The notes beneath the pieces are model-generated. The model made no database searches, was not told where the DNA came from, and was given only the letters and a program-made list of their open reading frames with translations. From a virus, in the IMG/VR virus record IMGVR_UViG_3300015371_000007, positions 1 through 64,000 of that record: a stretch of DNA of 64,000 bases. The stretch is one strand, 5' to 3'. Of the stretch, positions 8,993 through 17,657 are shown in pieces (within the stretch, counting starts at the first letter, position 1; every line of letters starts with the position of its first letter). The position numbers were made by a program, and so were the translations under genes.

Positions 8993-9291
8993 GCGGCCGG
9001 CAGGGCGACCTCTTCGCGGAACCGCGCCGTTCGCCGCGCCCGTACTTCGACGGGCCGAGCGACGAGCCGGATCGCGACGAGCGCCTCGGCCGGCAGCTCG
9101 ACGACATCCGCGCGTTGATGCGCGACGGGCAGTGGCGCACGCTGGCGCAGATCGAGACGGCGACCGGGCATCCTCCGGCGAGTATTAGCGCGCAGCTCCG
9201 GCATCTGCGGAAGCCGCGCTTCGGCGCCCACGTCGTGAACAAGCGGCACATCGGCCACGGGCTCTACGAGTATCAGGTGCTCCTCCAGTGA
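8989..9291 (+). CDS. Winged-HTH protein
   Basis: LMRDGQWRTLAQIETATGHPPASISAQLRHLRKPRFG. Confidence 0.7.
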   Translation: MSGRQGDLFAEPRRSPRPYFDGPSDEPDRDERLGRQLDDIRALMRDGQWRTLAQIETATGHPPASISAQLRHLRKPRFGAHVVNKRHIGHGLYEYQVLLQ

Positions 9292-9680
9292 CGACGTTCA
9301 TCGTGTTGGGCCCGGCGAGCACCAAGGGCTCGACCGTGTCGTTCATCGGCGCCACCGGGCGGGTCGTGACGAAGGCCGACAACCAGGGACTGGCGAGCTG
9401 GACGCAGGCGGTCGGCTGGGCCGCACGTGCGGCCGGCGTGCGGTGCGCGCCGCGCGACGTCGCCATCCAGATCGTGGCGATGTTCCAGTTCGTGCGGCCA
9501 GAGAGCCGGAAGCATCGGGTGACGCCGACCGTGAAGCCGGACATCGACAAGCTGACGCGCGCGCTGCTTGATGCGCTGACCGGCGTCGGCTACGTCGACG
9601 ACGCGCAGGTCGTGAAGCTGCTGGTGGAGAAAGTCTACGGCGTGGACGCACGGACATGGGTACAGGTCGAGCAACTATGA
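9288..9680 (+). CDS. rusA: RusA-family Holliday junction resolvase
   Basis: KPDIDKLTRALLDALTGVGYVDDAQVV signature. Confidence 0.9.
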   Translation: MTTFIVLGPASTKGSTVSFIGATGRVVTKADNQGLASWTQAVGWAARAAGVRCAPRDVAIQIVAMFQFVRPESRKHRVTPTVKPDIDKLTRALLDALTGVGYVDDAQVVKLLVEKVYGVDARTWVQVEQL

Positions 9681-9883
9681 GCGAAGGACCAGTGGCGACC
9701 GACGAGAAGCCGGCGGTCATGTTCGATGCGGACGTGTGCCGTGCGCTGCGCATTAGTCAGCGCACGCTGCGGCGGCTGCGGCGGGCGCGCGTGTTCCCCA
9801 TCCCCGAGCTGCGGAGCCTCGATAAGCGCCACCGCTACGCGAGGGCCGACGTCGATGCCTACACCCAGCGCGTGAAACGGTGA
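9677..9883 (+). CDS. Excisionase-like HTH protein
   Basis: DVCRALRISQRTLRRLRR...HRYARADVDAY; upstream of the integrase. Confidence 0.7.
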   Translation: MSEGPVATDEKPAVMFDADVCRALRISQRTLRRLRRARVFPIPELRSLDKRHRYARADVDAYTQRVKR

Positions 9884-9884
9884 C

Positions 9885-9914
9885 TTGCATGTTGGGTCGT
9901 GACGTATATACAAT
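9885..9914 (+). promoter_or_regulatory. Sigma70-type promoter for the brnA-like/int pair
   Basis: TTGCAT-N18-TACAAT with palindrome GTATATAC overlapping the -10. Confidence 0.55.
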
Positions 9915-9931
9915 AGGCGTCGGAGGTTCGA

Positions 9932-10090
9932 GTGACGCAGACCGCACGACGCCCACGGGACACGAAGGAACCCATCAGCATTCGGCTCGACCGACAGGTG
10001 CTGCGCGCCTGGCGCGCGACGGGCAAGGGGTGGCAGACGCGGCTGGCCGCAGGCATCGCGCGTCTCAAGCCCGTGCCGGGTGCCCGGTAA
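9932..10090 (+). CDS. Orphan BrnA-antitoxin-like ribbon-helix-helix protein (52 aa)
   Basis: MTQTARRPRDTKEPISIRLDRQVLRAWRATGKGWQTRLAAGI; GGAGG RBS; TAATG coupling to the integrase; absent from the ORF track. Confidence 0.75.
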   Translation: MTQTARRPRDTKEPISIRLDRQVLRAWRATGKGWQTRLAAGIARLKPVPGAR

Positions 10091-11223
10091 TGGCCCGCAA
10101 GGATCGCGGCACAAAGATCGCCGAAGGCATCTGGCGCGACGAGTTCGGCTACGCCGTCTCGGTGGCGGTCGGCAGCGGGAAGAACAAGGTACAGCGGGAG
10201 GCCCGCTACCCGTTCGACACGAAGCTCAAGACGATGACCGACTGGCAGGACGAGACGCGCGTGGCGCTGCGAAAGCTGGTGCCCACGCACGGGAAGGGCA
10301 CGCTCGCGGCCGCGGTCGCGACCTACCTCAAGTCGGTCGCCTCGATGCCGACGTACGGGGATCGCGAACGCGACTTGGCGTTGTGGGTGGCGGAGTTCCC
10401 GAATCGCCAGCGGCATTCGATCAAGTCGCACGAGATTTCCGCGGTGCTGCACAAGTGGATAAAGGACGGCTACGCGGCGATGACCGTCATCAATCGGCGC
10501 ACGGCGCTCATGGCGGTCTGGACCGCGCTCGACGGCGCGAAGGCCGTCAACCCGGTTGATGAAGCCTACCGGCCCGACACCGATCCGTTGACGGCGAATG
10601 ACATCCCGTGGCCGACCATCGAGCGCGTGCTCGACGCGGTCGAGGATCGCGGACAAGGCATTCGCGGCCAGAAGCGCACCGACGTAAGCAAGACCAAGAT
10701 CCGGCTGCGGCTGATCGCCTACACCGGCTTGCCGCACAAGCTCGTCAAGCAGATCACGGCGGACGGGATCGATTGGGAGAAGGGCCGGGTGCTCGCAGCG
10801 AAACGGCGCAAGGGCACCGGCGTCGAGGCGCGCTGGCTCCCCATCGCGCCGGAGGCGCTGCGCGCGCTGGAGGACTTCGTCGAGTACGACTGTTTCGGGT
10901 CGTTCTCCAATTCGAGCATGTTGAAGACGTGGCGCCGCGCGTGGCGGTGGGTGCATCCGACCTGGCCGAAGGATAAGAAGATCCCCTGCGTCTACCGGCT
11001 GCGGCATTCCTTCGCGACGGCGACCTACGCCAAGAGCGGGGATGACCGCGGGACGGCACTGCTGCTCATGCACAGCCGCAAGAGCAACATGATCCAGCGC
11101 TACACGCTCGGCGCGGAACCGGAGCGGATGGAGAAATGCGCCGAGGCATTCGCGGACCGGCGCCTGGAACTCGTCAAGGGCGCCGCGAAGCCCAAACCGA
11201 AGCCGAAGCGCAAGGCCGGGTGA
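10090..11223 (+). CDS. int: Tyrosine recombinase (integrase)
   Basis: LIAYTGLP, KRRKG, YRLRHSFAT, LLMH, IQRY catalytic-box region; immediately followed by attP. Confidence 0.9.
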   Translation: MARKDRGTKIAEGIWRDEFGYAVSVAVGSGKNKVQREARYPFDTKLKTMTDWQDETRVALRKLVPTHGKGTLAAAVATYLKSVASMPTYGDRERDLALWVAEFPNRQRHSIKSHEISAVLHKWIKDGYAAMTVINRRTALMAVWTALDGAKAVNPVDEAYRPDTDPLTANDIPWPTIERVLDAVEDRGQGIRGQKRTDVSKTKIRLRLIAYTGLPHKLVKQITADGIDWEKGRVLAAKRRKGTGVEARWLPIAPEALRALEDFVEYDCFGSFSNSSMLKTWRRAWRWVHPTWPKDKKIPCVYRLRHSFATATYAKSGDDRGTALLLMHSRKSNMIQRYTLGAEPERMEKCAEAFADRRLELVKGAAKPKPKPKRKAG

Positions 11224-11242
11224 AGTTGATAAACTGCTGGGC

Positions 11243-11529
11243 GGTGCCAGCCACATTCGGTGGCTGGCACTGGCTGGCACCGCGGCCGGTCACCCAAAGT
11301 GGCTGGCACCAGTGGCTGGCACCAATGGGAAAAAGTAAAAAAAGGGCCGTATTTATTGGGGGCGCCCGTAGCTCAGAAGGACAGAGCACCGGTTTCCTAA
11401 ACGGAATCCGACCCCCCCCGTCCCTCAAGAATCCCGAAAACATTCAGCTTTTTCACACCCGAGCGTGGCCGCATCCGGCCTCGCTTGGCCGGTGCCGGCC
11501 GCAAACGGCTGGCACCACGGCTGGCACCA
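11243..11529. other. attP: arm-type repeats flanking a core made of the 5' half of tRNA-Arg(CCT)
   Basis: YGGCTGGCAC(CA) at 11261, 11271, 11300, 11313, 11506, 11518 plus inverted copies at 11243 and ~11491; core 11362-11402 GCGCCCGTAGCTCAGAAGGACAGAGCACCGGTTTCCTAAAC. Confidence 0.85.
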
Positions 11530-11545
11530 AGGGGAGTATCCAGTG

Positions 11546-12151
11546 ATGCGCCCCCAGCCCTCGCTGGCGTTCGAGCGCGGCATCGTGATCCCCCCGCCCT
11601 CCCGCTCGCTGGTCATCGACCCGCCGTGGGCCTACGGCGACCGGCTGATGTCGGGCGCCAACGCCAAGCGCGGCGCGGCGAACCACTACGCCGTGATGCC
11701 GCTCGCCCGTCTGCGCGCGCTGCACCCGGACTACGTCGCGTACGACGACGCGCACCTCTACCTCTGGACGACGAATGCCTTCATCAGCGAGGCGCTCTCG
11801 TTGATGGCGTCGTGGGGCTTTCGCCAGAAGACGGTCCTGACCTGGGTCAAGCCGCAGATCGGCATGGGCCACTACTTCCGCAACAACACCGAGCACGTCC
11901 TGTTCGGCGTGCGCGGCAAGCTGGCGACCGCGCAGCGCGACATGCGGACGGCGTTCACGGCGCCGCGCACCCGCCATTCCGAGAAGCCGGAGATTTTCTA
12001 CCGCATCGTCGAGCGGATGTCGCCTGGCCCGTACCTGGAGCTGTTCGCGCGGCGCGAGCGGCCCGGCTGGCGCACGCTCGGCGACGCGATCGACGGGCGC
12101 CCCATCCAACGCGCGCTCAGCGCGCTCGAAGACGAATTGTCGGCGGCGTGA
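11546..12151 (+). CDS. MT-A70 family N6-adenine methyltransferase
   Basis: IDPPW, HLYLWTTN, GMGHYFRNNTEHVLFG, HSEKP, YLELFAR. Confidence 0.9.
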   Translation: MRPQPSLAFERGIVIPPPSRSLVIDPPWAYGDRLMSGANAKRGAANHYAVMPLARLRALHPDYVAYDDAHLYLWTTNAFISEALSLMASWGFRQKTVLTWVKPQIGMGHYFRNNTEHVLFGVRGKLATAQRDMRTAFTAPRTRHSEKPEIFYRIVERMSPGPYLELFARRERPGWRTLGDAIDGRPIQRALSALEDELSAA

Positions 12152-12164
12152 GGAGGGAGGAGCA

Positions 12165-13187
12165 ATGGGGCGCATCGGCCTGACGAGCAACCTGAAGTTC
12201 CGCCACCTCGCCACCACCCTCGGCAGTCGGATGCTGGCGCGCGGCGCGCTGGAGCTGTTGTGGGAGCCGGCCTACGAGATCGGCGATCCGTACGTCGGCA
12301 CCTCGGACGACGTCGAAGCGGTCTGCGGCTGGACGGGCGCGAAAGGCGCGTTGACGCGCGCGCTGCTCGCCGCCGGCACCAAGAGCGGCGCGGGCTTCAT
12401 CGAACCCTACGCCGGATCGGTGCGCGAGGCGACCGAGCCGCACTACCAGATCCACGATTTCTTTCATCACTGCCCGGAGTACGTGAAGGGCCGGCGCGAG
12501 CGCGAGCTGCAGAAGAACACCGCGAAGACCTGCGCGATGTGCGGCGGCGACTACTACTCCTCGCAGGAGAGCCAGTTCTGCGGCCAGCGGTGCCGTGTGC
12601 GCGCCTACCGCGAACGGCACGCCAAGGCTGAGCCTCCATATCACACACCGTTACGGCCCGTAACGGCTGGTAACGGCACTCCCACACCCACACCCACACC
12701 CGCACGTACGTACTCCGTACCAGCGGATGACCCAAGTACCAGCGTACGGGTGGTTGAGAGAAAAGGAGGCGCCGAGGCGCTGACGCGCTCGGCGTCGCCA
12801 CCCCCTGTAACGCCTGTAACGGCCCTCGCCGTTACAGACCCGTCCCCGGTGCTGCTCGTCTTCCCGGTCGTCGGCGGAAAAGCCAAGAAGGGGGAACCCC
12901 CACGGACGACGTGGCCGCTGCATCAAAGCCGCATTGACGAATGGACGGCGGCGTTCGGGACGCTGAACATCCTCGACGAATGCCGGCGCGCGTTGTCGTG
13001 GGTGAACGCGAACCCGGAACACCGGAAGACGTACGACGGAATGCCGTCGTTTCTGCATCGGTGGTTCTCGAAGTCGGTCAACTTCCGCGGCGGCGGCAGG
13101 GTCATCACCGGCTCGCTGAAGACCGCCGGCAACCAGGCGGCGATGGAGGAGTTCCTGCGGAGGCGCGGTCATGCCGTGGACAAATAA
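12165..13187 (+). CDS. Phage replication initiator (O-like organisation)
   Basis: YQIHDFFHH N-domain, CxxC...FCGQRCR zinc motif, central iteron-containing linker, C-terminal ALSWVNANP...FLHRWF. Confidence 0.7.
   Translation: MGRIGLTSNLKFRHLATTLGSRMLARGALELLWEPAYEIGDPYVGTSDDVEAVCGWTGAKGALTRALLAAGTKSGAGFIEPYAGSVREATEPHYQIHDFFHHCPEYVKGRRERELQKNTAKTCAMCGGDYYSSQESQFCGQRCRVRAYRERHAKAEPPYHTPLRPVTAGNGTPTPTPTPARTYSVPADDPSTSVRVVERKGGAEALTRSASPPPVTPVTALAVTDPSPVLLVFPVVGGKAKKGEPPRTTWPLHQSRIDEWTAAFGTLNILDECRRALSWVNANPEHRKTYDGMPSFLHRWFSKSVNFRGGGRVITGSLKTAGNQAAMEEFLRRRGHAVDK
12648..12835. repeat. Iteron cluster (putative origin) within the initiator gene
   Basis: GTAACG(G/C) at 12660, 12670, 12807, 12816 and inverted copies at 12648, 12829; GTACCAGCG twice; CCCACA repeats. 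Confidence 0.65.
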
Positions 13188-13785
13188 CCAAGAGCGCGAG
13201 TTCGCGCTGCTACTGCTCGGGATGGGCGAGCTGTTCGAGACGCCGGTGTCGCACACCCGCGCCGAGCTGTTCGCGCGCGCCGTCGAGGACTTGCCGTTCG
13301 ACGCGGTGAAGGCGGCGGCGAACGCGTACGCCCGCAGCGGCAAGTTCTTCCCGAAGCCGGCCGAGTTGCGCGAGCTGGTGCTCGGCGACCCTTTTGACCA
13401 GGCGGAGCTGGCGTGGTCGCATCTGCTCCGCGAAGTGAAGCGCATCGGCTGGACCGGGACGCCAATGTTCACCGATGCGACCGAGGAGCGCGCGGCGCTG
13501 GGCCTGTTCGGCGGGAGCTGGCGCGCGCTCTGCGAGAACCTGCCGGCCGGCGGGCCGGAACTGCTCGGCTACCGCAAGCAGTTCGTCGCGCTGCACGTCG
13601 CGGCGGCGCGGCAGGCGGCGCTCGGCGAGTTGCCGCTGAGCCGTGCCGAGGCGGCGGCATTTCTCCGCGAGGTCCACGCGCGGCGCGCGGCGCACCTGGC
13701 GGCGCCGGCCGACGACGTGGTCGTCCCCACACGCCACGAGAAGGCGGCTGCGCGCCCCGCCACGCCACGCGCGAAGCGGGGGTGA
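13171..13785 (+). CDS. Helicase loader/inhibitor-like protein (DUF6475-like)
   Basis: LPFDAVKAAANAYARSGKFFPKPAELRE...AELAW; position directly after the initiator. Confidence 0.7.
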   Translation: MPWTNNQEREFALLLLGMGELFETPVSHTRAELFARAVEDLPFDAVKAAANAYARSGKFFPKPAELRELVLGDPFDQAELAWSHLLREVKRIGWTGTPMFTDATEERAALGLFGGSWRALCENLPAGGPELLGYRKQFVALHVAAARQAALGELPLSRAEAAAFLREVHARRAAHLAAPADDVVVPTRHEKAAARPATPRAKRG

Positions 13786-13791
13786 GGGTCA

Positions 13792-14088
13792 ATGGGGAGC
13801 TGCGCCGACGGCACGTGTACGGACCCGCAGTGCCCGATGTGTGTGGAGCTGCCGAAGCGGTTCCCGCCGGTCGTGCAGTGCAACGGGATCGTGTCGACGG
13901 CGAAGCGCGAGATGCGCTGTCGGCTCATCGACGGGCATTCGGGCGCGTGCCTGCCGTCGACACGCACGCAGGCGCCCGAGAAGCTGCAGAGCAATCCCGC
14001 GCGCGACGGCGCGCCGACGTTGGCCGGCGAGCGGAAGCGGGGATCGCTGGCGTTCGAGAAACGCACGCGGGTTGGCCCGCATCGGTGA
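13792..14088 (+). CDS. Cys-rich hypothetical protein
   Basis: 98-aa ORF with multiple Cys/His. Confidence 0.45.
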   Translation: MGSCADGTCTDPQCPMCVELPKRFPPVVQCNGIVSTAKREMRCRLIDGHSGACLPSTRTQAPEKLQSNPARDGAPTLAGERKRGSLAFEKRTRVGPHR

Positions 14089-14100
14089 GAGGAGCCTCCC

Positions 14101-14493
14101 ATGACTGAGATCATCATCGCGCCGACGGCGCAGCAGGTCGAGCGCGCCCACGAAGCCTACAAGTGGGCGCTCGAGATTTTGCTGGCGGCGCAACGCGCCG
14201 AGGATCTGGACGCGAAGGGACGGCTCGTCGGCCAGTGCTTCAAGCACGTCCAGTCCGATCCTCGCGTGGGATGGCTGGTCTATATCGCGGCCACGGGCAT
14301 CGACCCGCAGCAGAAGTTGATCGGCTGGCACTTCCAGCAGACGCCGGCCGGACAGATCGAGGTCGCGGCGGAGACCGATCTCCAGGCGGGCTTCCTCGTC
14401 GAGCAGTGCGAGCGGATCGAGCGGCAGGAGTTCGTCGTCGCCTTCAACGAGCTGCTGGGCACCATCGCGCGCTTCGGGACATGGCTGACCTAA
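14101..14493 (+). CDS. Hypothetical protein
   Basis: GAGGAG RBS; 130 aa. Confidence 0.65.
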   Translation: MTEIIIAPTAQQVERAHEAYKWALEILLAAQRAEDLDAKGRLVGQCFKHVQSDPRVGWLVYIAATGIDPQQKLIGWHFQQTPAGQIEVAAETDLQAGFLVEQCERIERQEFVVAFNELLGTIARFGTWLT

Positions 14494-14966
14494 AGATCGC
14501 GGTTGCCGGTCACACCACGAACGGCAAGCTGCACGTCGAGCCAGCGGCGCGGCACGCGCTGCAGGACGGCGTGTTGCTCTGGCCCGATGGCCCGGTCGTG
14601 ATTACCGTCGAGCGCGAGAGCGTGACGCGGAGCACGCAGGCCAATGCCTACTATTGGGCGGTCGTCATTCGCGCGCTGAGCGACTACACCGGCAGCACAC
14701 CCGACGAAATGCACGAAGTGCTGAAGATGAAGTTTCTGCCGAAGGATGTCGCCATCGCCAGCCCGAACGGCGAAGTCATTGGCGAGTTCGTGATCGGCGG
14801 CAGCACGCGGCGCCTGACGTCGTCGCAGTTCTACGTCTACGTCGAGCAGATCCGCCTGTGGGCGTTCGAGGCGCTCGACGTGGATATGCCGCCGCCCGAT
14901 CCCGAGTGGCGCGCGCACGCACTGGCCGAGCTGCGCGCCGCCGAGGTCAAAGAGGGCGCGGCGTGA
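14481..14966 (+). CDS. NinB-like protein
   Basis: RSTQANAYYWAVV...MHEVLKMKFL...STRRLTSSQFYVYVEQI. Confidence 0.75.
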   Translation: MADLKIAVAGHTTNGKLHVEPAARHALQDGVLLWPDGPVVITVERESVTRSTQANAYYWAVVIRALSDYTGSTPDEMHEVLKMKFLPKDVAIASPNGEVIGEFVIGGSTRRLTSSQFYVYVEQIRLWAFEALDVDMPPPDPEWRAHALAELRAAEVKEGAA

Positions 14967-15439
14967 TCGAAACCACGCTGGCCTACACGTTCCCGGCGGC
15001 GTTCGCGCTGCTGCCTGGGGTCATGGATTCGCCCGAGGCCCGCGCGCTGCTCTTGGCGATTGGGTTACAGGAATCCGGCTTCGAGGCGCGCCGGCAGCAC
15101 GGCAGCGGGCCGGCGCGCGGGTTCTGGCAGTTCGAGGCCGGCGGCACGTCCGGCGTGTTGACGCACGTCACGTCGATGCGGCACGCCGAGCACGTCTGCG
15201 CCGAGCTGGTGTACCCGGCGTCGTCGGTCGCGTGTTATCCGGCGCTCGAACACAACGACGTACTGGCGTGCTGCTTCGCGCGCCTGTTGCTCTGGACGTT
15301 ACCGGAGCGACTCGCCGGCCGCGCGTCCGCGGATCGGGCGTGGACGCAGTACGTTGCGGCCTGGCGTCCGGGCCAGCCGCGCCGCGCGACGTGGGACGCG
15401 TACGTGGCGCGCGCGTGGAGCTTAGTGGACGGCTTCTGA
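14963..15439 (+). CDS. Putative lysozyme-fold endolysin/transglycosylase
   Basis: LLAIGLQES...RRQHGSGPARGFWQFE motif. Confidence 0.6.
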   Translation: MIETTLAYTFPAAFALLPGVMDSPEARALLLAIGLQESGFEARRQHGSGPARGFWQFEAGGTSGVLTHVTSMRHAEHVCAELVYPASSVACYPALEHNDVLACCFARLLLWTLPERLAGRASADRAWTQYVAAWRPGQPRRATWDAYVARAWSLVDGF

Positions 15440-15450
15440 GGAGGGTGACG

Positions 15451-15624
15451 ATGGAGATACCGAAATTGCCGAAGACGATCTACGTGAAATGGGGCGGCGT
15501 GGACGAAGACAGCCTCTATCTCTCGGCGGATGTCGAGATCACGGGCCTCGACGACGGGGATCAGGTGGGGGTCTACGAGCTGCGCGCGGTGAGCACGAAG
15601 CGCGTGAAACACACGCTCGACTAG
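15451..15624 (+). CDS. Small hypothetical protein
   Basis: GGAGG RBS; MEIPKLPKTIYVKW... Confidence 0.55.
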   Translation: MEIPKLPKTIYVKWGGVDEDSLYLSADVEITGLDDGDQVGVYELRAVSTKRVKHTLD

Positions 15625-15869
15625 GCGTGGTCGCGGAGCCACTCGGCCACCTTCCGGTTCATCCAGTCACGCAGGATGACCGGCGGCGCGGTGTAGAACT
15701 GGTCGTCGTTGTCGATGGCGACCGGCTCGAACGGCGGACAGAACCACCACTTCGCGCCGCAGCCGACGCATTTGATGTTGAGCGCCATCCCGCCCTGCGG
15801 GCCGATCACAAACTGTTCGGCGCCGCAGGTTGGGCAACGCTGGTCGGTGTTGAGGGAGTTGTTCACCAC
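15621..15869 (-). CDS. Zn-ribbon hypothetical protein
   Basis: CPTCG...GPQGGMALNIKCVGCG. Confidence 0.6.
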   Translation of the reverse strand: MVNNSLNTDQRCPTCGAEQFVIGPQGGMALNIKCVGCGAKWWFCPPFEPVAIDNDDQFYTAPPVILRDWMNRKVAEWLRDHA

Positions 15870-15890
15870 GACTCCACGCGCGACGGAAAC

Positions 15891-15984
15891 TGGCGGTGAG
15901 GCAGGGATTTGAACCCTGGATACAACTGTTAGGTCGTATAACGGTTTAGCAAACCGCCGCCTTCAGCCTCTCGGCCACCTCACC
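15891..15984 (-). tRNA. tRNA-Ser(GCT)
   Basis: GGTGAGG acceptor stem, anticodon loop TTGCTAA, long variable arm, GGTTCAAATCC T-arm, encoded CCA. Confidence 0.95.
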
Positions 15985-16079
15985 GCATGGAAAGATAGAG
16001 GGACGCGCTGGGCAGAGGCGCAAGGGCGCTGTCCTCGACGCCCTCCCCCTGCGATCCCAAGCGCGTCCCACGGCGTTGC

Positions 16080-16610
16080 CTAGCTCGCGGCGGCGGCTTT
16101 CTGTTCGTCGCGGAAGCGGATGACGTCTTCCTTCGGAATCACCATCACCTTGAGCTTCACGTCGGGCCGCGCCTTGGACCCACGCCGTTCATAGCTGGTG
16201 TGCGGCAAGCGGCCATCGTTCATCATCAGGCGCACGTTCGCATCGCTGCACTTGAGGATCTTCGCGGCCTCTTTCACGGTGACGTTGGTGCCGTCCGGGA
16301 GTGGCGCGTCGAGCGGGATCGAGGAGCCGTTGCCGTTGCCGTGCTCGGCGCCGTTGGCCTTGGCGCGCTTGGCTCTCTTGCCGCCGCTGCGCCGCGCTTG
16401 GAACATCTCCGTCGCCTTCTCGCGCAGCCGCTCGACGTTGATGCGCCCACTGCCGTTACCATTGGCCCCAGCGAGTCGGCCGCGCTTCGTCGTTTGAAGC
16501 GCGAGGCCGGTGCGGTCCATGAACGCCAGCGCGGCGTTCGTGTCGTGCTGAATCTGCTCTAACACCGTTCGCAGCTCGAAAAAACTCTGCATCTCTCTGT
16601 TCGCAGCCAT
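16080..16610 (-). CDS. DNA-binding protein with C-terminal HTH_17 (excisionase-like) domain
   Basis: VTVKEAAKILKCSDANVRLMMNDGRL; GAGGTGA RBS. Confidence 0.7.
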   Translation of the reverse strand: MAANREMQSFFELRTVLEQIQHDTNAALAFMDRTGLALQTTKRGRLAGANGNGSGRINVERLREKATEMFQARRSGGKRAKRAKANGAEHGNGNGSSIPLDAPLPDGTNVTVKEAAKILKCSDANVRLMMNDGRLPHTSYERRGSKARPDVKLKVMVIPKEDVIRFRDEQKAAAAS

Positions 16611-16675
16611 TGTCACCTCGCTACACAAAGTACACGAATAGGGTTAGTCGGAATCCGGAATCCCGCGTCCCCCGG

Positions 16676-17113
16676 TTAGGCGGATTTCGCTTTGGTCTTC
16701 AGGCTCGTCAAGACGCGATGCTTCTCCGTGGCGAGCGTCACAACCTCCGAGGGTTTGCGATGCACCCATTCGAGGGGGTTGCGCTGCGCGTGCTCCAGGG
16801 CGCACATCAAGACGAACATCGTCGTCACGCCGAATCGTGATTCGGCAAAGAGGTCTTCCATTGAGAACCGGGAGGCGAGCTGTTTGAGGGAATCGACTTG
16901 GAGGGTTGCGGCGATCTTGGTGAGGTTCAGCGCGGCCACGAAGTTGCCGCATTTCAGTTCCTCGACCATTTCCTTGCGGGTCCAGACGTCCTTGCCGATG
17001 ATGAGAACGCCTTCGTTTTGTTTGTCGATGAACGTCTTGCCAAGGAGTCGTTCGTCGCGCCAGTACGGTCGCTTGCGTCGATCTCCATGCTGAAACGGTA
17101 GATGTCGCGCCAT
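16676..17113 (-). CDS. Hypothetical protein, possible RNAP alpha-CTD-like HhH segment
   Basis: VDSLKQLASRFSMEDLFAESRFGVTTM; GAGGAG RBS. Confidence 0.55.
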   Translation of the reverse strand: MARHLPFQHGDRRKRPYWRDERLLGKTFIDKQNEGVLIIGKDVWTRKEMVEELKCGNFVAALNLTKIAATLQVDSLKQLASRFSMEDLFAESRFGVTTMFVLMCALEHAQRNPLEWVHRKPSEVVTLATEKHRVLTSLKTKAKSA

Positions 17114-17377
17114 GTACTCACTCCTCTTACTTCCTTTCGCCTTGGGTGTAGCGGAGGTCTTGTCCCTCAACGCTCTGAAGGCTGGCGAAAGCCTCCATGC
17201 TCTGCCGGCCGGCGCCGGCTCTAATTCGCGGCGCCATTGTAAACCAGCTCTAGCCGTTTCTCACGAAATTGCCGTCTTTCGCACCTACCTGGCACGATGC
17301 CCCGGTGGCCCGCCCCCCGGCTCGGGGGGCCAGCCCCGAGGCCGGGTGTGAGGCGGACGGGGGTGCTCCGGTCAGGT

Positions 17378-17650
17378 TCAGGGCGCTTCCGCCGCAATCT
17401 TGACCAGCGTGGGTATAGGCTTCTCGACCGCGTCGGTGTAGACCCACTGCGGCTCGCCCCCGTTCACCCAATGCTGAATCCACCCAAGGAGTAGGTTGCG
17501 TTGCGACTTGCCCTCGCGCCGGCACTTCTTCGTGAACTTCTCGCGCAATCCCGGCGGGACGTGCGAGATGTTGATTTGTTTAACGGTCGCGCCTCGCGGC
17601 GTGAACGCGCGGGACCATTGCCGTTGTTTCTTTGCGACTTTTTTCGCCAC
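17378..17650 (-). CDS. Ribbon-helix-helix DNA-binding protein
   Basis: QINISHVPPGLREKFTKKCRREGKSQRNLLLGWIQHW; paralog of 24866..25048. Confidence 0.65.
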   Translation of the reverse strand: MAKKVAKKQRQWSRAFTPRGATVKQINISHVPPGLREKFTKKCRREGKSQRNLLLGWIQHWVNGGEPQWVYTDAVEKPIPTLVKIAAEAP

Positions 17651-17657
17651 GATACAT

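Noticed and set aside
9880-10089. N-terminal extension of the integrase (track ORF 9880..11223)
   Set aside because: The region holds a promoter and the BrnA-like ORF in another frame; the integrase more plausibly starts at ATG 10090.
11362-11402. Functional tRNA-Arg gene
   Set aside because: Only the 5' half is present; no T-arm or acceptor 3' strand. Interpreted as the attP core.
11243-11529. CRISPR-like array from the GGCTGGCACCA repeats
   Set aside because: Repeats are ~11 bp, irregularly spaced, in both orientations and beside int; these are arm-type sites. No cas genes are seen.
17114-17377. Riboswitch in the structured leader upstream of 17113
   Set aside because: Hairpins are present but I cannot match any known aptamer consensus by eye.
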